NCBI GenBank assembly: GCA_049510745.1
Contig: JBEKYR010000012.1
Coordinates: forward strand, 4,094 to 68,093
Length of the DNA: 64,000 nt
Direction: 5' to 3'
DNA from: Verrucomicrobiota bacterium
Lineage (GTDB): Bacteria; Verrucomicrobiota; Verrucomicrobiia; Limisphaerales; Palsa-1400
Shown here piece by piece: positions 42,825-52,433 of the stretch; positions within the stretch are counted from its first letter, which is position 1; each line of letters opens with the position of its first letter. The translations under genes were made by a program, and so were the position numbers. The notes beneath the pieces are model-generated. The model was not told where the DNA came from and did no database searches. It saw only the letters and a list, made by a program, of their open reading frames with translations.

Positions 42825-44495
42825 ATGTCGTACCAAGTCATAGCGCGCAAATATCGCCCGCAACGTTTCGCCGACGTTGTCGGCCAGGAACACGTCACCC
42901 AGACGCTCTCCAACGCCATCGGGCAAAAGCGCATCGCCCACGCCTACCTCTTCGTCGGCCCGCGCGGCACGGGCAAAACCACCATCGCCCGCATTTTTGC
43001 CAAGTGCCTCAATTGCGCCGGCGGCCCGGCCGTCGATTTCCCCGACGACGACCCGCGGGCCAGGGAAATCACCGAGGGCCGCTCGATGGATGTGATGGAA
43101 ATTGACGGCGCCAGCAACCGGGGCATTGACGAAGTGCGCGAACTGCGCGAGACGGTCAAGTACGCCCCCGCCTCGTCGCGCTTTAAAATCTATATCATCG
43201 ACGAAGTCCACATGCTGACCAAGGAGGCCTTCAACGCCCTGCTCAAAACCCTCGAGGAGCCGCCGGCGCACGTCAAATTCATGTTCGCCACGACCGAGGC
43301 GGAAAAGGTGCTGCCCACCATCCTGTCGCGCTGCCAGCGTTTTGATCTGCGGCGGATTCCCTCCGCGCTCATCGTCCAACATCTGGCCGGTATTGCCCGA
43401 CAGGAAAAGGTGCAGATCGACGAGGCCGCTCTCCATGCCATCGCCCGCGGGGCCGACGGCAGCATGCGCGACGCGGAATCAACCCTCGACCAGTTGATCA
43501 GTTTTTGCGGCGCGCAGATCGCCGAGGCGGACGTGCTGTCGATGTTTGGGCTGGCGGCGCGCAGCCAGATTCTGGCACTGGGCGACGCGCTGCTGGCGGG
43601 GGAGGCCGACACCGCGTTGCGACAGTTGAACGAACTGGCCCAGCAAGGCAAAGACATCGCCCGGCTGGTGTCGGAACTGCTCAACCACTTCCGCAATCTG
43701 CTCATTTTCCAGGTCTCGCGCGGCGACTTGCGGCTGATCGAAGCTTCGGAAGCGGAAGCCGCCGCCCTCCGCGAACAAGCCAGCCGCCTGCACAGCGACG
43801 CCGTCACCCGGATGCTCGAAGTGCTGACCGATTGCGAGGGCCGCTTGCGCGACAGCACCTCGAAGAAGATTCTGGTGGAAGTGACGTTGTTGAAAATGAT
43901 CGAAGCCCGCAACGCCGTCAGCATCGACACCGTCCTCAAGCAGGTGCGGCAACTTCGCGCCGAGGCCGCCGCCGACGCGCCCAAGGCCGCCTCTCCCAGG
44001 CCGGCGTCTGCGCCCGCCGCCAAGCCGGCTCCGCCCGCCGCGCCCACGACGGCGCCGCCGCCGTCGGGGGACACTGACCTCAACCAACTCTGGCCCCAAT
44101 TGAGCGATGCCGTGGAGCGCGCCAATAAGTTCGTCCACTCCTACCTTAAGCAAGCCCATCCGGTCTCCTTCGTGAAAAACGTCCTGACAATCGGCTTTGA
44201 TCCCGAATTCGTCGATACTTTGCCTCTGGTTGACAACTCCCGCAATCACGCGCTGTTGCAGACCAAGCTGGCGGAATTGGGCCATCCTAACGCCCAGGTA
44301 AAATTCATCCAGCACGAGGCGTCGCCGGGCGGAAAACCCTCCGCGCCCGCGTCGCCGCCGCCGTCCGCGCCGCCGGACAAACCCGCCGCCGCCCCGGAAG
44401 CGGGGCCGTTGCGCCAGGATGAATTCAAGAACGACCCGCTCATCCAAAAGGCGCTGGAGATTTTCAAAGGACAGATCATCGACGTGCGCTCCTGA
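42825..44495 (+). CDS. dnaX: DNA polymerase III subunit gamma/tau
   Basis: 'MSYQVIARKYRPQRFADVVGQEHV', 'YLFVGPRGTGKTTIARIFAKCLNC', 'KIYIIDEVHMLT', 'TILSRCQRFDLRRI'. Start at ATG 42825; the upstream part of the track ORF overlaps ffs. Confidence 0.95.
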   Translation: MSYQVIARKYRPQRFADVVGQEHVTQTLSNAIGQKRIAHAYLFVGPRGTGKTTIARIFAKCLNCAGGPAVDFPDDDPRAREITEGRSMDVMEIDGASNRGIDEVRELRETVKYAPASSRFKIYIIDEVHMLTKEAFNALLKTLEEPPAHVKFMFATTEAEKVLPTILSRCQRFDLRRIPSALIVQHLAGIARQEKVQIDEAALHAIARGADGSMRDAESTLDQLISFCGAQIAEADVLSMFGLAARSQILALGDALLAGEADTALRQLNELAQQGKDIARLVSELLNHFRNLLIFQVSRGDLRLIEASEAEAAALREQASRLHSDAVTRMLEVLTDCEGRLRDSTSKKILVEVTLLKMIEARNAVSIDTVLKQVRQLRAEAAADAPKAASPRPASAPAAKPAPPAAPTTAPPPSGDTDLNQLWPQLSDAVERANKFVHSYLKQAHPVSFVKNVLTIGFDPEFVDTLPLVDNSRNHALLQTKLAELGHPNAQVKFIQHEASPGGKPSAPASPPPSAPPDKPAAAPEAGPLRQDEFKNDPLIQKALEIFKGQIIDVRS

Positions 44496-44515
44496 ACCGC
44501 AAACCCAAAACCCCT

Positions 44516-44827
44516 ATGTCCAGCATCGGAAAACTCGTCAAGCAGGCTGCCCGGATGCAGCAACAGATGGAACAAATCCAGGCCCAACTGGCCCTTCGCA
44601 CCGTCGAAGCCGCCAGCGGCGGCGGCGCCGTCAAGGTCGTGGCCAAGTGCGACGGCTCGATCGCGTCGATCAAGATAAACCCGCAAGCCATCAACCCCGC
44701 CGACGCCCAATTGCTCGAAGATATGATTGTCACAGCCGCCAATTCCGCCCTCGACCAGGCCCGGCAGATTTCGTCGGCGGAAATGGGCAAAGCCACCCAG
44801 GGTTTTAATCTGCCTGGGATGATGTGA
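44516..44827 (+). CDS. ybaB: Nucleoid-associated protein YbaB/EbfC
   Basis: 103 aa. 'KQAARMQQQMEQIQAQL...ASGGGAVKVVAKCDGSIASIKINPQAI...LEDMIVTAANSAL'. Conserved dnaX-ybaB-recR order. Confidence 0.92.
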   Translation: MSSIGKLVKQAARMQQQMEQIQAQLALRTVEAASGGGAVKVVAKCDGSIASIKINPQAINPADAQLLEDMIVTAANSALDQARQISSAEMGKATQGFNLPGMM

Positions 44828-44831
44828 TCGC

Positions 44832-45428
44832 GTGCCGCTGCCCGAAGCCATCACCACGTTGAGCGAAGCCCTGGGCCGCCTGCCAGGAATCGGCCCGCGC
44901 TCGGCCGAGCGCCTGGCATTGCATATCGCGCAAAGCGATGCCGACGCCGTCCGCCAACTGGCCCAGGCTCTTGTCCAGGCGCGGGAACGCATCCGGGCCT
45001 GTTCGGTTTGCGGGGCGCTGACCGAGGGGCAGACCTGCGCGATCTGCGCCGACCCGCGCCGCGATGGCTCCATTCTGTGCGTGGTCGAACGGCCGCTCGA
45101 TGTGTTCGCCCTCGAAAAAGCGGGCAGTTTCCGCGGCAAGTACCATGTCCTGGGCGGAAAAATTTCGCCGCTCAACGGAGTCGAACCGGAAGACCTGCGG
45201 CTGGCGGAATTGGAAGCGCGCCTGGCCGGCGTGCAAGAGGTGATCGTGGCCTTGAGCACCGACGTAGAGGGCGACGCCACCAGTTTTTATCTCGGCAAAC
45301 GCCTGGCCGGAAAAGGGCCGAAACTGACCCGCATCGCCCACGGTCTTCCGGCGGGCGCCGGGGTGGAGTTCGCCGACGAAGTCACCCTCAGCCTGGCCCT
45401 GGAGGGCCGGCGCGAATTGGCCCCGTGA
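44832..45428 (+). CDS. recR: Recombination protein RecR
   Basis: 'LGRLPGIGPRSAERLALHI' (HhH), zinc finger 'CSVCGALTEGQTCAICADPRRD', Toprim 'LCVVERPLDVFALE'. GTG start. Confidence 0.95.
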   Translation: MPLPEAITTLSEALGRLPGIGPRSAERLALHIAQSDADAVRQLAQALVQARERIRACSVCGALTEGQTCAICADPRRDGSILCVVERPLDVFALEKAGSFRGKYHVLGGKISPLNGVEPEDLRLAELEARLAGVQEVIVALSTDVEGDATSFYLGKRLAGKGPKLTRIAHGLPAGAGVEFADEVTLSLALEGRRELAP

Positions 45429-45441
45429 GAATTCAGCCAGC

Positions 45442-46065
45442 ATGAAAGAGTCGCCGGCCGTGGTTTTTGATTTGGGCAAAGTGTTGGTCGATTTCGATTA
45501 CACCATCTCGGCCGCCAGGTTCGCCCGCCGCAGCCGGTTCACCCCGCCGCAGGTGCGGCAATTGCTGGACCATTCGCCCCTGCTCTACCGCTTCGAGACC
45601 GGCGTGCTGTCCGAGACGGAATTCTTCGGCGAAGTTTGCGCAGCCTGCGGATTTTCAGGCAGTTTGTCCGAATTTTGCGAGATTTTTGCCGACATTTTTT
45701 CGGAAATCAAACCCATGACCGCGATGCAGGCCGCGCTCCGGTCCAACAAGGTCCCCACTTACATCTTCTCCAACACCAACGGCATCGCCGTCCGGCACAT
45801 TCGCAAAAAGTTTCCGTTCTTCGCCCATTTCGACGGCTACATTTTCTCCTACGAGCAGGGCGCGATGAAGCCCGAGGCGAAAATCTACCAAGCCCTCGAG
45901 CACCTGACCGGCCGGACCGCAGAGGGGATCATCTATCTGGACGACCGGGCCGAAAATGTCCAGGCGGGTCTGGCCCGGGGCTGGCGCGCGATGTTGCACC
46001 AAACGCCGGAACAAACCATTGCGGCCCTGCGCCAGTTGGGCCTGCCCGTGGACCTCAACCCTTGA
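45442..46065 (+). CDS. HAD-superfamily hydrolase (subfamily IA-like)
   Basis: 'AVVFDLGKVLVDFD' (motif I variant), 'YIFSNTN' (motif II), 'IIYLDDRAENV' (motif IV). Confidence 0.8.
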   Translation: MKESPAVVFDLGKVLVDFDYTISAARFARRSRFTPPQVRQLLDHSPLLYRFETGVLSETEFFGEVCAACGFSGSLSEFCEIFADIFSEIKPMTAMQAALRSNKVPTYIFSNTNGIAVRHIRKKFPFFAHFDGYIFSYEQGAMKPEAKIYQALEHLTGRTAEGIIYLDDRAENVQAGLARGWRAMLHQTPEQTIAALRQLGLPVDLNP

Positions 46066-46759
46066 GAAAGAGCGGCCACTCCGGGTCGCCCAGGGACAGG
46101 ACCCGTTCGGCCAGATCGTTCAACGCCAGGCGGGCCGGCTCGAAACGCTCGGCCAGGGTGTCAAACACAGACGCCAGATCATACCGCGCCGCCAGCCTGT
46201 GGGTGCTGGCCGCGCGGTAGTTTGCGCGTCCCAATTCCTGATAATAGCTCAGACCCGGCGCCCCGCTCCGTTCGGCGCGGTGGCGGATGTGCTCCGGGAA
46301 CACGCCTGACAAAAACAAGGAATGATTGCCGATGTGCGCCCGGATGCAGAAGGCGGTGTGATCATCGGCCGTTTGCAGGGCGGTGAGCATTTCGAAAAAG
46401 TATTGCAGGCGCGCCGGCTGCCCGGGGACGACGCACTGCGTCCGTTCCAGGCGCGAGAATTCCGTCAACAATTCCGCCACATAATCGGCCACGTTCCGGT
46501 CCTCCAGGCCCGAGCGGCGCAAGACGTGCCGCACCAGCACGTAGAAGTACAGGTGCGGGGAGACCCGAAGACACCCGCGCTGCTCGAGCAAGGCACGAAA
46601 GAGCGTGTCATCATCAAGAATCAAATCCCGGGAATCAGGGTCCGCCAAAAGCGCGACGAGTGAAGCCGCCTCGCCTTTGTTGCGTCCAAGCACGGTCAGG
46701 ATGAAATCGACGTCATCCGCCGTGAACTGGACCCGGCAATTGGCCTGAATCACTCTCAT
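46055..46759 (-). CDS. Conserved hypothetical protein (234 aa)
   Basis: Start at 'MRVIQANCRVQFTADDVDF' (cat at 46757-46759). Helical, non-repetitive composition. The 146 upstream codons of the track ORF are Pro/Arg-rich junk that overlap the divergent promoter. Confidence 0.6.
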   Translation of the reverse strand: MRVIQANCRVQFTADDVDFILTVLGRNKGEAASLVALLADPDSRDLILDDDTLFRALLEQRGCLRVSPHLYFYVLVRHVLRRSGLEDRNVADYVAELLTEFSRLERTQCVVPGQPARLQYFFEMLTALQTADDHTAFCIRAHIGNHSLFLSGVFPEHIRHRAERSGAPGLSYYQELGRANYRAASTHRLAARYDLASVFDTLAERFEPARLALNDLAERVLSLGDPEWPLFLKG

Positions 46760-46956
46760 ACGCTGCCTCCGAGCATTTTTGATTCCAAACTCAACACTGA
46801 CCGCATAATTCTTTATCGGCCGGAACCCGGCTGCGCTCAAGCGGGAACCGGCGCGGAAAGACGTGATCGCTTCACGGTCAAGGAGATTGGCTGCAAAACG
46901 CTTTTTCTTTGGACGATTTGGGGCGGCGAAGGCATGATAGGGGAGACGCATTTCGC

Positions 46957-49900
46957 ATGGCCGATTTTGATGACAGGTTCTCGGTGACGCTGCCGCCAGC
47001 ACTCCGCCAGCAGTTCGCCGAGGTCGAACGCCGCCTCTGGCGGGCCGAATCGACCATCGCCGTGTGCGGCGCGGCGGGCGGGCTGATGGTTTCGTTTCTG
47101 GCGCTGTTTGTCTCGGATCGATTGTGGGAGACGCCGGCCTGGCTGCGGTGGACGCTGTTCCTGCTGGGCTTGGCGGCGGCGGGGGCGGCCGGCGCAAGTT
47201 GGGCCAGGCGCTGGATTTGGCGCCGGCGCGATCTCAAGGCGCTGGCCAATCTGGTGCAAAAGAAACACCGCCGCCTGGGCGACCGCCTGCTGGGGATTGT
47301 CGAACTGGCCAACGAGGAGCGCCATTTCGTCGATTTCTCCCCTGCCCTCTATCACGCGGCCATCCACCAGGTGGCCGCCGAGGCCAAAGAACTCGACTTC
47401 CGGCAAAGCGTCAGCATGGCGGGCGCGAAAAGAGTCGCGCTCGGCGCGGGGATTGTGGCGGGTTGCGTGCTGCTGGTTTTTGCGGTGCTGCCCAGGCCGG
47501 GCTGGAATGCGTTTGTGCGTTGGGCGCTTCCGGGCGCCGGCCTGGCGCGCTATGCGCTGGTGACGTTGGAGGGTCTGCCCGGCGAATTAATTGTCGCGCA
47601 TGGCGAACCGTTCGAGATTTCCGCCTCCGTTCATTACCGCTCTTTTTGGCAGCCGCGGCGGGTCTTGGGTCTGTGGCCGCGCCAGCCGCGGATTGAAAGC
47701 GCCGTCGAAGGGGGCCGGATTCGTTTGCGCGTTCCCGGCCAGGTCGAGCGCGGGGTGTTGGAAGTGCGGGTGGGCGATGCCCGGGCCGAAGTGAAGGTGC
47801 GGCCCACGCATCGGCCCTCCTTGCAGGAGTTGGCGGCGGTGGTGCATCTGCCCGATTATTTGCGGTATCCCGAGCAAGAGCAACTGGTGCTTAACGGCGC
47901 TCTGCTGGCCGTGGAAGGCAGCCGGATCGCCTTTCGCGGCAAAGTCAGCCGCCCTCTTGCCGCCGCCCGGATGCAAAACGGCGGCGGGGAACCGGCGCCC
48001 CTGAAAATTGACGGGGAAAATTTCCTCAGCGACCCGGCCCAGCCGGAGGGCGTCGCGGAGTTCACGTTCCACTGGCAGGACACTCTTGGCCTGACCAATT
48101 CCGCGCCCCTGCGGCTTTCGGTCCAAATGCAGCCCGACGCTCCGCCGGTCCCGGAAATTCCCGATTTGCCCCGGGACGTCGCCGTCCTAGATTCCGACGT
48201 GCTGCGCATCCGCCTGCAGGCGCGCGACGATTTCGGCGTGCGCGATTTCGGTTTGACTTGGGAAATGACGGAAGATTCGCCGCGGATGGCGGTCGCGACG
48301 ACGGAGATCAAGACCCAACCCCCGTCGGCCCGCGCCAGGACGGTCGAAAAGACCTTTCTCTGGAGTCCGTCGCTCTTTCGCATCCCGGCCGGCGCGACGG
48401 TGGAGTTGCAGGGGTACGCGCGGGATTATTATCCGGAACGGGAGCGCGCGCGCACGGCGCCGCACCGGATTCACGTGTTAAGCCCCGAGGAGCACGCCGA
48501 AGCGGTGCGTCAACAATTGGAATCGGTCCTGGCGCAAGTCGAAGAAGTCACCCGCCTCCAGGAAAAAGTGGTGGCCGGCCTGGCCGAGGTCAAGGACGCC
48601 GACAAGATGGCGGAAGCGCAGAAGTCCTCGCGTCTGGGCCAGAGCAAGGACGAGCAAATGGAGAACGCGGCGCACCTGGACCAATTGTCCCAGCAAGGCG
48701 AGCAGACCGTGCGGGAGGCGATGAAAAATCCGCTCTTAAGCGAGGAGACCATCCGGCAATGGAGCCAGTCGATGCAACAATGGCGGCAGTTGTCGCGGGA
48801 GCAGATGCCGGCGGCCGCCCAGTCGATGCAGCAGGCGCGGCAGAACCCCGGAGCGGACAAGGAACCGCTGGCCGAGGCCTTGCGCAAGGCCGAGGAAATT
48901 CTCCGGGCGCTGGAAAAGATGGAAAGGAAAGCCAACCAGCACATGGATGACCTGCAGGCGCTGACCCTCTCGCAGCGGTTGCGCAAGGTGAGCGGGGAGG
49001 AGAAGGACATCGCCGGCCAACTGCTGGCCAGCGCGCCGGAAACCATCGGGTTGGCGGCGCGGGATTTGCCGGAAAAACTCAAGCTCCTCGAACAGGGGCT
49101 GAGCCGGGACCAGGGCGGCGCCCAAAAGGAAACCCAAATGTTGCAGGGCGAAATCAGCCGGTTCTTCGAGCGAACGCAGAAGACGAACTACGGCCAGGTG
49201 AGCCGGGAAATGAAGGACACGCACGCGACCGACGAATTGGACCGGCTCGGCGAGTTGATCGAGAACAATATCGGGATCGAGGCATCGGACAACCTGGGCC
49301 AGTGGTCGGGGCGTTTGCAGAAGTGGAGCGAAAAACTGGAGCCACCCACTTCGAGCCAGAGCGGCGGCGGCAATTCCGGGGGCAGTCAAAAAAAGACCGA
49401 TCTCACCGAACAATTGATCGCGTTGTTGCGCCTGCGGGAGAGCGAGATGAACCTGCGCGACCAAACCAGCGTTTTGGACCAGGACAAAGGCGAGCCGGCC
49501 AGTTACAAAGAGCGGGCCACCGCCCTTTCCGGCAGCCAGGAGAAGCTGGCGGGGGACTTGGATGGCATTCACCAGAAAACGCCGATCAAGGAGCTCGACC
49601 CGGCTTTTGCCGACACCGGCGGCGACATGAAGGCAGTGGCCGCGACGTTGCGGCAGCCGCAGACCGGCCCACCGGCCGACGCCGCCGAAGTGAAGACCAT
49701 CGAGACGTTGTCGGATTTGATTAACTTGATTAACGAACAAGCCCAACGTCCCGGCCAACAGCCCTCGCCGTCGCAAGGCAACAATGGTACCGACGAGGAG
49801 ATGCAGTTTTTGCTGCAAATGATGCGCCAATCGTCCCAGGGCAAGGCGATGGCCACGCGGCCCGCCACCGGGCTGAACAACGCGGGCGGGACGACGGACC

Positions 49901-50052
49901 GCGCCGGCGGGCGGGCGGGCGGCAACGCTGTGGGAAAAGGCGCCGCCGCGCGCGACGTGCGCAGGGCCGGCGGGATGACGGAGGAGGCGCCGGCGGAATT
50001 TCGGGAGGCGCTGGAGAATTATTTTCATGCCATTGAACAAAGCGGGCAATAG
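46957..50052 (+). CDS. Large (1031 aa) membrane-anchored coiled-coil protein, DUF4175-like
   Basis: Start at 'MADFDDRF' (ATG 46957). Three transmembrane helices lie in the first 200 aa, then a beta-rich middle region, then a long Q/E/K-rich coiled coil. The C-terminal 'EAPAEFREALENYFHAIEQ' resembles the DUF4175 ending as I recall it. Confidence 0.8.
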   Translation: MADFDDRFSVTLPPALRQQFAEVERRLWRAESTIAVCGAAGGLMVSFLALFVSDRLWETPAWLRWTLFLLGLAAAGAAGASWARRWIWRRRDLKALANLVQKKHRRLGDRLLGIVELANEERHFVDFSPALYHAAIHQVAAEAKELDFRQSVSMAGAKRVALGAGIVAGCVLLVFAVLPRPGWNAFVRWALPGAGLARYALVTLEGLPGELIVAHGEPFEISASVHYRSFWQPRRVLGLWPRQPRIESAVEGGRIRLRVPGQVERGVLEVRVGDARAEVKVRPTHRPSLQELAAVVHLPDYLRYPEQEQLVLNGALLAVEGSRIAFRGKVSRPLAAARMQNGGGEPAPLKIDGENFLSDPAQPEGVAEFTFHWQDTLGLTNSAPLRLSVQMQPDAPPVPEIPDLPRDVAVLDSDVLRIRLQARDDFGVRDFGLTWEMTEDSPRMAVATTEIKTQPPSARARTVEKTFLWSPSLFRIPAGATVELQGYARDYYPERERARTAPHRIHVLSPEEHAEAVRQQLESVLAQVEEVTRLQEKVVAGLAEVKDADKMAEAQKSSRLGQSKDEQMENAAHLDQLSQQGEQTVREAMKNPLLSEETIRQWSQSMQQWRQLSREQMPAAAQSMQQARQNPGADKEPLAEALRKAEEILRALEKMERKANQHMDDLQALTLSQRLRKVSGEEKDIAGQLLASAPETIGLAARDLPEKLKLLEQGLSRDQGGAQKETQMLQGEISRFFERTQKTNYGQVSREMKDTHATDELDRLGELIENNIGIEASDNLGQWSGRLQKWSEKLEPPTSSQSGGGNSGGSQKKTDLTEQLIALLRLRESEMNLRDQTSVLDQDKGEPASYKERATALSGSQEKLAGDLDGIHQKTPIKELDPAFADTGGDMKAVAATLRQPQTGPPADAAEVKTIETLSDLINLINEQAQRPGQQPSPSQGNNGTDEEMQFLLQMMRQSSQGKAMATRPATGLNNAGGTTDRAGGRAGGNAVGKGAAARDVRRAGGMTEEAPAEFREALENYFHAIEQSGQ

Positions 50053-51040
50053 AGGCAATAGAGTCTGTCTGCTGGCGGTGACGCTGGCGCTGTGCGGCGC
50101 CGTGGCGCCAGCCCAGCAATTGTACACCGGCTCGACCGGCGTGGTGGCCCGGGAGGTCGATCAAATGTACCTCAAGGGGCTGCGCTACTTGGCGCGGACG
50201 CAGGCGGCGGAAGGGAATTGGCCCGATGAGCCGCGCAACACCGAGCGGGCGATAACCGCCCTGGCGGTCCTCAGCATTTTGGCCCATGGCGACGACCCCA
50301 ATTTCGGCCCGTACAGCAAGACGGTCCATCAGGGGCTGGACTACCTTTTGAAGAGCATGGACCCGGTCACGGGCTACATCGGCCCGTCGATGTACAATCA
50401 CGGTTTTTCCACCCTGGCATTGGCGGAGGCTTACGGGGCGGTGGACGACCCGCGGTTGGGACCGGCCTTGGAGAAGGCGGTGCGGCTGATTGTGAACGCG
50501 CAGGCGGAAAACAGCCTGCACGCCTGGCGCTACTCGCCGGATTCGAAGGACGCCGACACGACGGTAACCGGGGCGCAAATGGTGGCGCTGCTGGCGGCGC
50601 GCAACGGGGGCGTCGCCGTGCCGGAAAAGGTCATTGAAAACGGACTGAGTTTCTTCCGCTCCTGCCAGACGCCCGACGGCGGCATCGGCTACATTTCGCC
50701 CATTGCGCCCAACGCGACGCGCACGGCCATAGGCTGCGTGGTCTTTGCCCTGGCCAAGGAGAAGAATTCGCCCGCGTTCAAAGCCGCCTTCGCGTTCCTG
50801 AAAAACGCGCCGCCGGACCCTCAATATCCGCAGTACTTTCTGTATTACGTGTCGCAGGCCTTTTTCCACGGCTCGCCCGAGTTGTGGCAAAGTTGGAACC
50901 GGGACAACATCCGATCCCTGCGCGCCACGCAGGCCGCGGAGGGCAATTGGGAGGGACAATTCGGCGCGACCTTTGGCACGGCCGGCTCGCTGTTGTCGCT
51001 GGCCCTGAACTATCGCTACCTGCCCATTTATGAGAGATAA
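50027..51040 (+). CDS. Exported prenyltransferase/squalene-oxidase-repeat (alpha/alpha-toroid) protein
   Basis: Signal 'RVCLLAVTLALCGAVAPAQQ'. QW-type motifs 'RTQAAEGNWPDE', 'CQTPDGGIGY' and 'ATQAAEGNWEGQ'. Overlaps the upstream gene by 26 nt. Confidence 0.8.
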   Translation: MPLNKAGNRGNRVCLLAVTLALCGAVAPAQQLYTGSTGVVAREVDQMYLKGLRYLARTQAAEGNWPDEPRNTERAITALAVLSILAHGDDPNFGPYSKTVHQGLDYLLKSMDPVTGYIGPSMYNHGFSTLALAEAYGAVDDPRLGPALEKAVRLIVNAQAENSLHAWRYSPDSKDADTTVTGAQMVALLAARNGGVAVPEKVIENGLSFFRSCQTPDGGIGYISPIAPNATRTAIGCVVFALAKEKNSPAFKAAFAFLKNAPPDPQYPQYFLYYVSQAFFHGSPELWQSWNRDNIRSLRATQAAEGNWEGQFGATFGTAGSLLSLALNYRYLPIYER

Positions 51041-52433
51041 CGCCGTCAGGGCCGGCCTGCTGTGGCTGCGCTGGCTGCCGGTCAGCCTGGCCGTTGCGGC
51101 CGCGCCGGGAGAGGCGCCCGCTGCCGCGCTCCCGGACAGCGCATCGGGCGGCAGCGTGCTGGAGTTTGTGGATGGCTCGGCCTTGCACGGGCAGTTGGAG
51201 CGGATGGACCTGGAACACGGGCTTTGCTGGGTTTGCGCGCCAGCCCGGAGCGCGATTCATTTCCAGCCGGCGCACGTCGATGTCATCCGCTTCGCCCATG
51301 CCGACCAGGTCAACCTGGCGCCGAAGTGCCATCTGCGCTTCGCCAACGGAGATGATTTGTTCGGGGCGATCTCCAGTCTGGAAGGCGGGCAGCTTGGGTT
51401 CAGCACCTGGTTCGGAGGGACGATGAGCATTCCGAAGGCGGCGGTGCGCACCATTACGTTTCTTTCCCGCAATTACCGGATCGTTTACGAGGGTCCCTAC
51501 GATGGCAACGGCTGGGTTATCGGCAACAATGCGCCCCAAAGCTGGAGCTATCGGGATGGCTGCTTCATCGGCGCCGGTTCGGGCACACTGGGCCGCGATC
51601 TCTCCCTGACCAACTCCTCGACGGTGGAATTTGACCTTGCCTGGAACGGGTCCTACCTCTTGCTGGTGAACGTGTATAGCCGCCCGCTTGATCATCTGGA
51701 GTACAACAGCGGATCCTATGTGGTGGAGTTTTCCCCCAAACAAGTCACCCTCCGCCACGTCCACTCGGGCGGGCTGCCCCGCAGTTTCGGGGGCGCGCCG
51801 CTCCCGGTGGACGGTGACAAAAATAAATTTCACGCGACCATCCAGTGCAACAAGGACGAGGGGACTGTGGCGGTGTTTATCAACAATCTGTTGGTGAAAA
51901 GCTGGAAGGATGAGGACGGTTTTCACGGCTCCGGCTCCGGTCTGCTCTTCGAGGAGGGATCGGCGCCGGGCACGACGGTGAAGTTGAGCAATCTCAAAGT
52001 CGCGCAGTGGGAGGGCCGTTACGAGCCGGACACAACGCTCGCGGCGACCAACGGCGACGCCATTCACTTCGTCAATCACGACCGGGCGGGAGGAAAGATC
52101 GCCGGCATCAAAGACGGCAAGGTGACGCTGGCTTTGGAAGGGACGGTTCTGGAGGTGCCGTTGGAGCGGGTGACGCAGATCAGCTTTGCCGAGGGCAGCG
52201 CCCCGGCCGAGCCATCCGGGCCTTGGGACGTGCGCGCCTATTTTCCCGGCGGCGGCAACCTATCGTTTCAATTGGAGAAATGGGACGACAAGATGATTTC
52301 CGGCAGAAGCGCGATCTTCGGCCCGCTCGCCTTCCAGCCCGGTGCCATCCGCCAGATGGAATTCAACCTGAACCGTTCCAAGGACGACGCGGCGGCCGTG
52401 GCGGGCAAGGATTTCGAGGAACTCGATGAATAA
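51030..52433 (+). CDS. Exported protein: 2 N-terminal and 2 C-terminal ~47-aa beta repeats around a LamG/DUF1080-like jelly-roll; paralog A
   Basis: Repeats 'LEFVDGSALHGQL...', 'LRFANGDDLFGAI...IPKAAVRTITF' and 'IHFVNHDRAGGKI...VPLERVTQISF'. Core 'WSYRDGCFIG...VEFDLAW...VAVFINNLLVKSW...LSNLKVAQWEG'. Overlaps the upstream gene by 11 nt. Confidence 0.8.
   Translation: MRDNAVRAGLLWLRWLPVSLAVAAAPGEAPAAALPDSASGGSVLEFVDGSALHGQLERMDLEHGLCWVCAPARSAIHFQPAHVDVIRFAHADQVNLAPKCHLRFANGDDLFGAISSLEGGQLGFSTWFGGTMSIPKAAVRTITFLSRNYRIVYEGPYDGNGWVIGNNAPQSWSYRDGCFIGAGSGTLGRDLSLTNSSTVEFDLAWNGSYLLLVNVYSRPLDHLEYNSGSYVVEFSPKQVTLRHVHSGGLPRSFGGAPLPVDGDKNKFHATIQCNKDEGTVAVFINNLLVKSWKDEDGFHGSGSGLLFEEGSAPGTTVKLSNLKVAQWEGRYEPDTTLAATNGDAIHFVNHDRAGGKIAGIKDGKVTLALEGTVLEVPLERVTQISFAEGSAPAEPSGPWDVRAYFPGGGNLSFQLEKWDDKMISGRSAIFGPLAFQPGAIRQMEFNLNRSKDDAAAVAGKDFEELDE

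Noticed and set aside
42825-44495. Programmed -1 frameshift site (A AAA AAG type) in dnaX for a gamma subunit
   Set aside because: I scanned the gene by eye and the longest A runs are 4-5 nt ('gtgaaaaacgtc'). No slippery heptamer followed by a stem-loop was seen.
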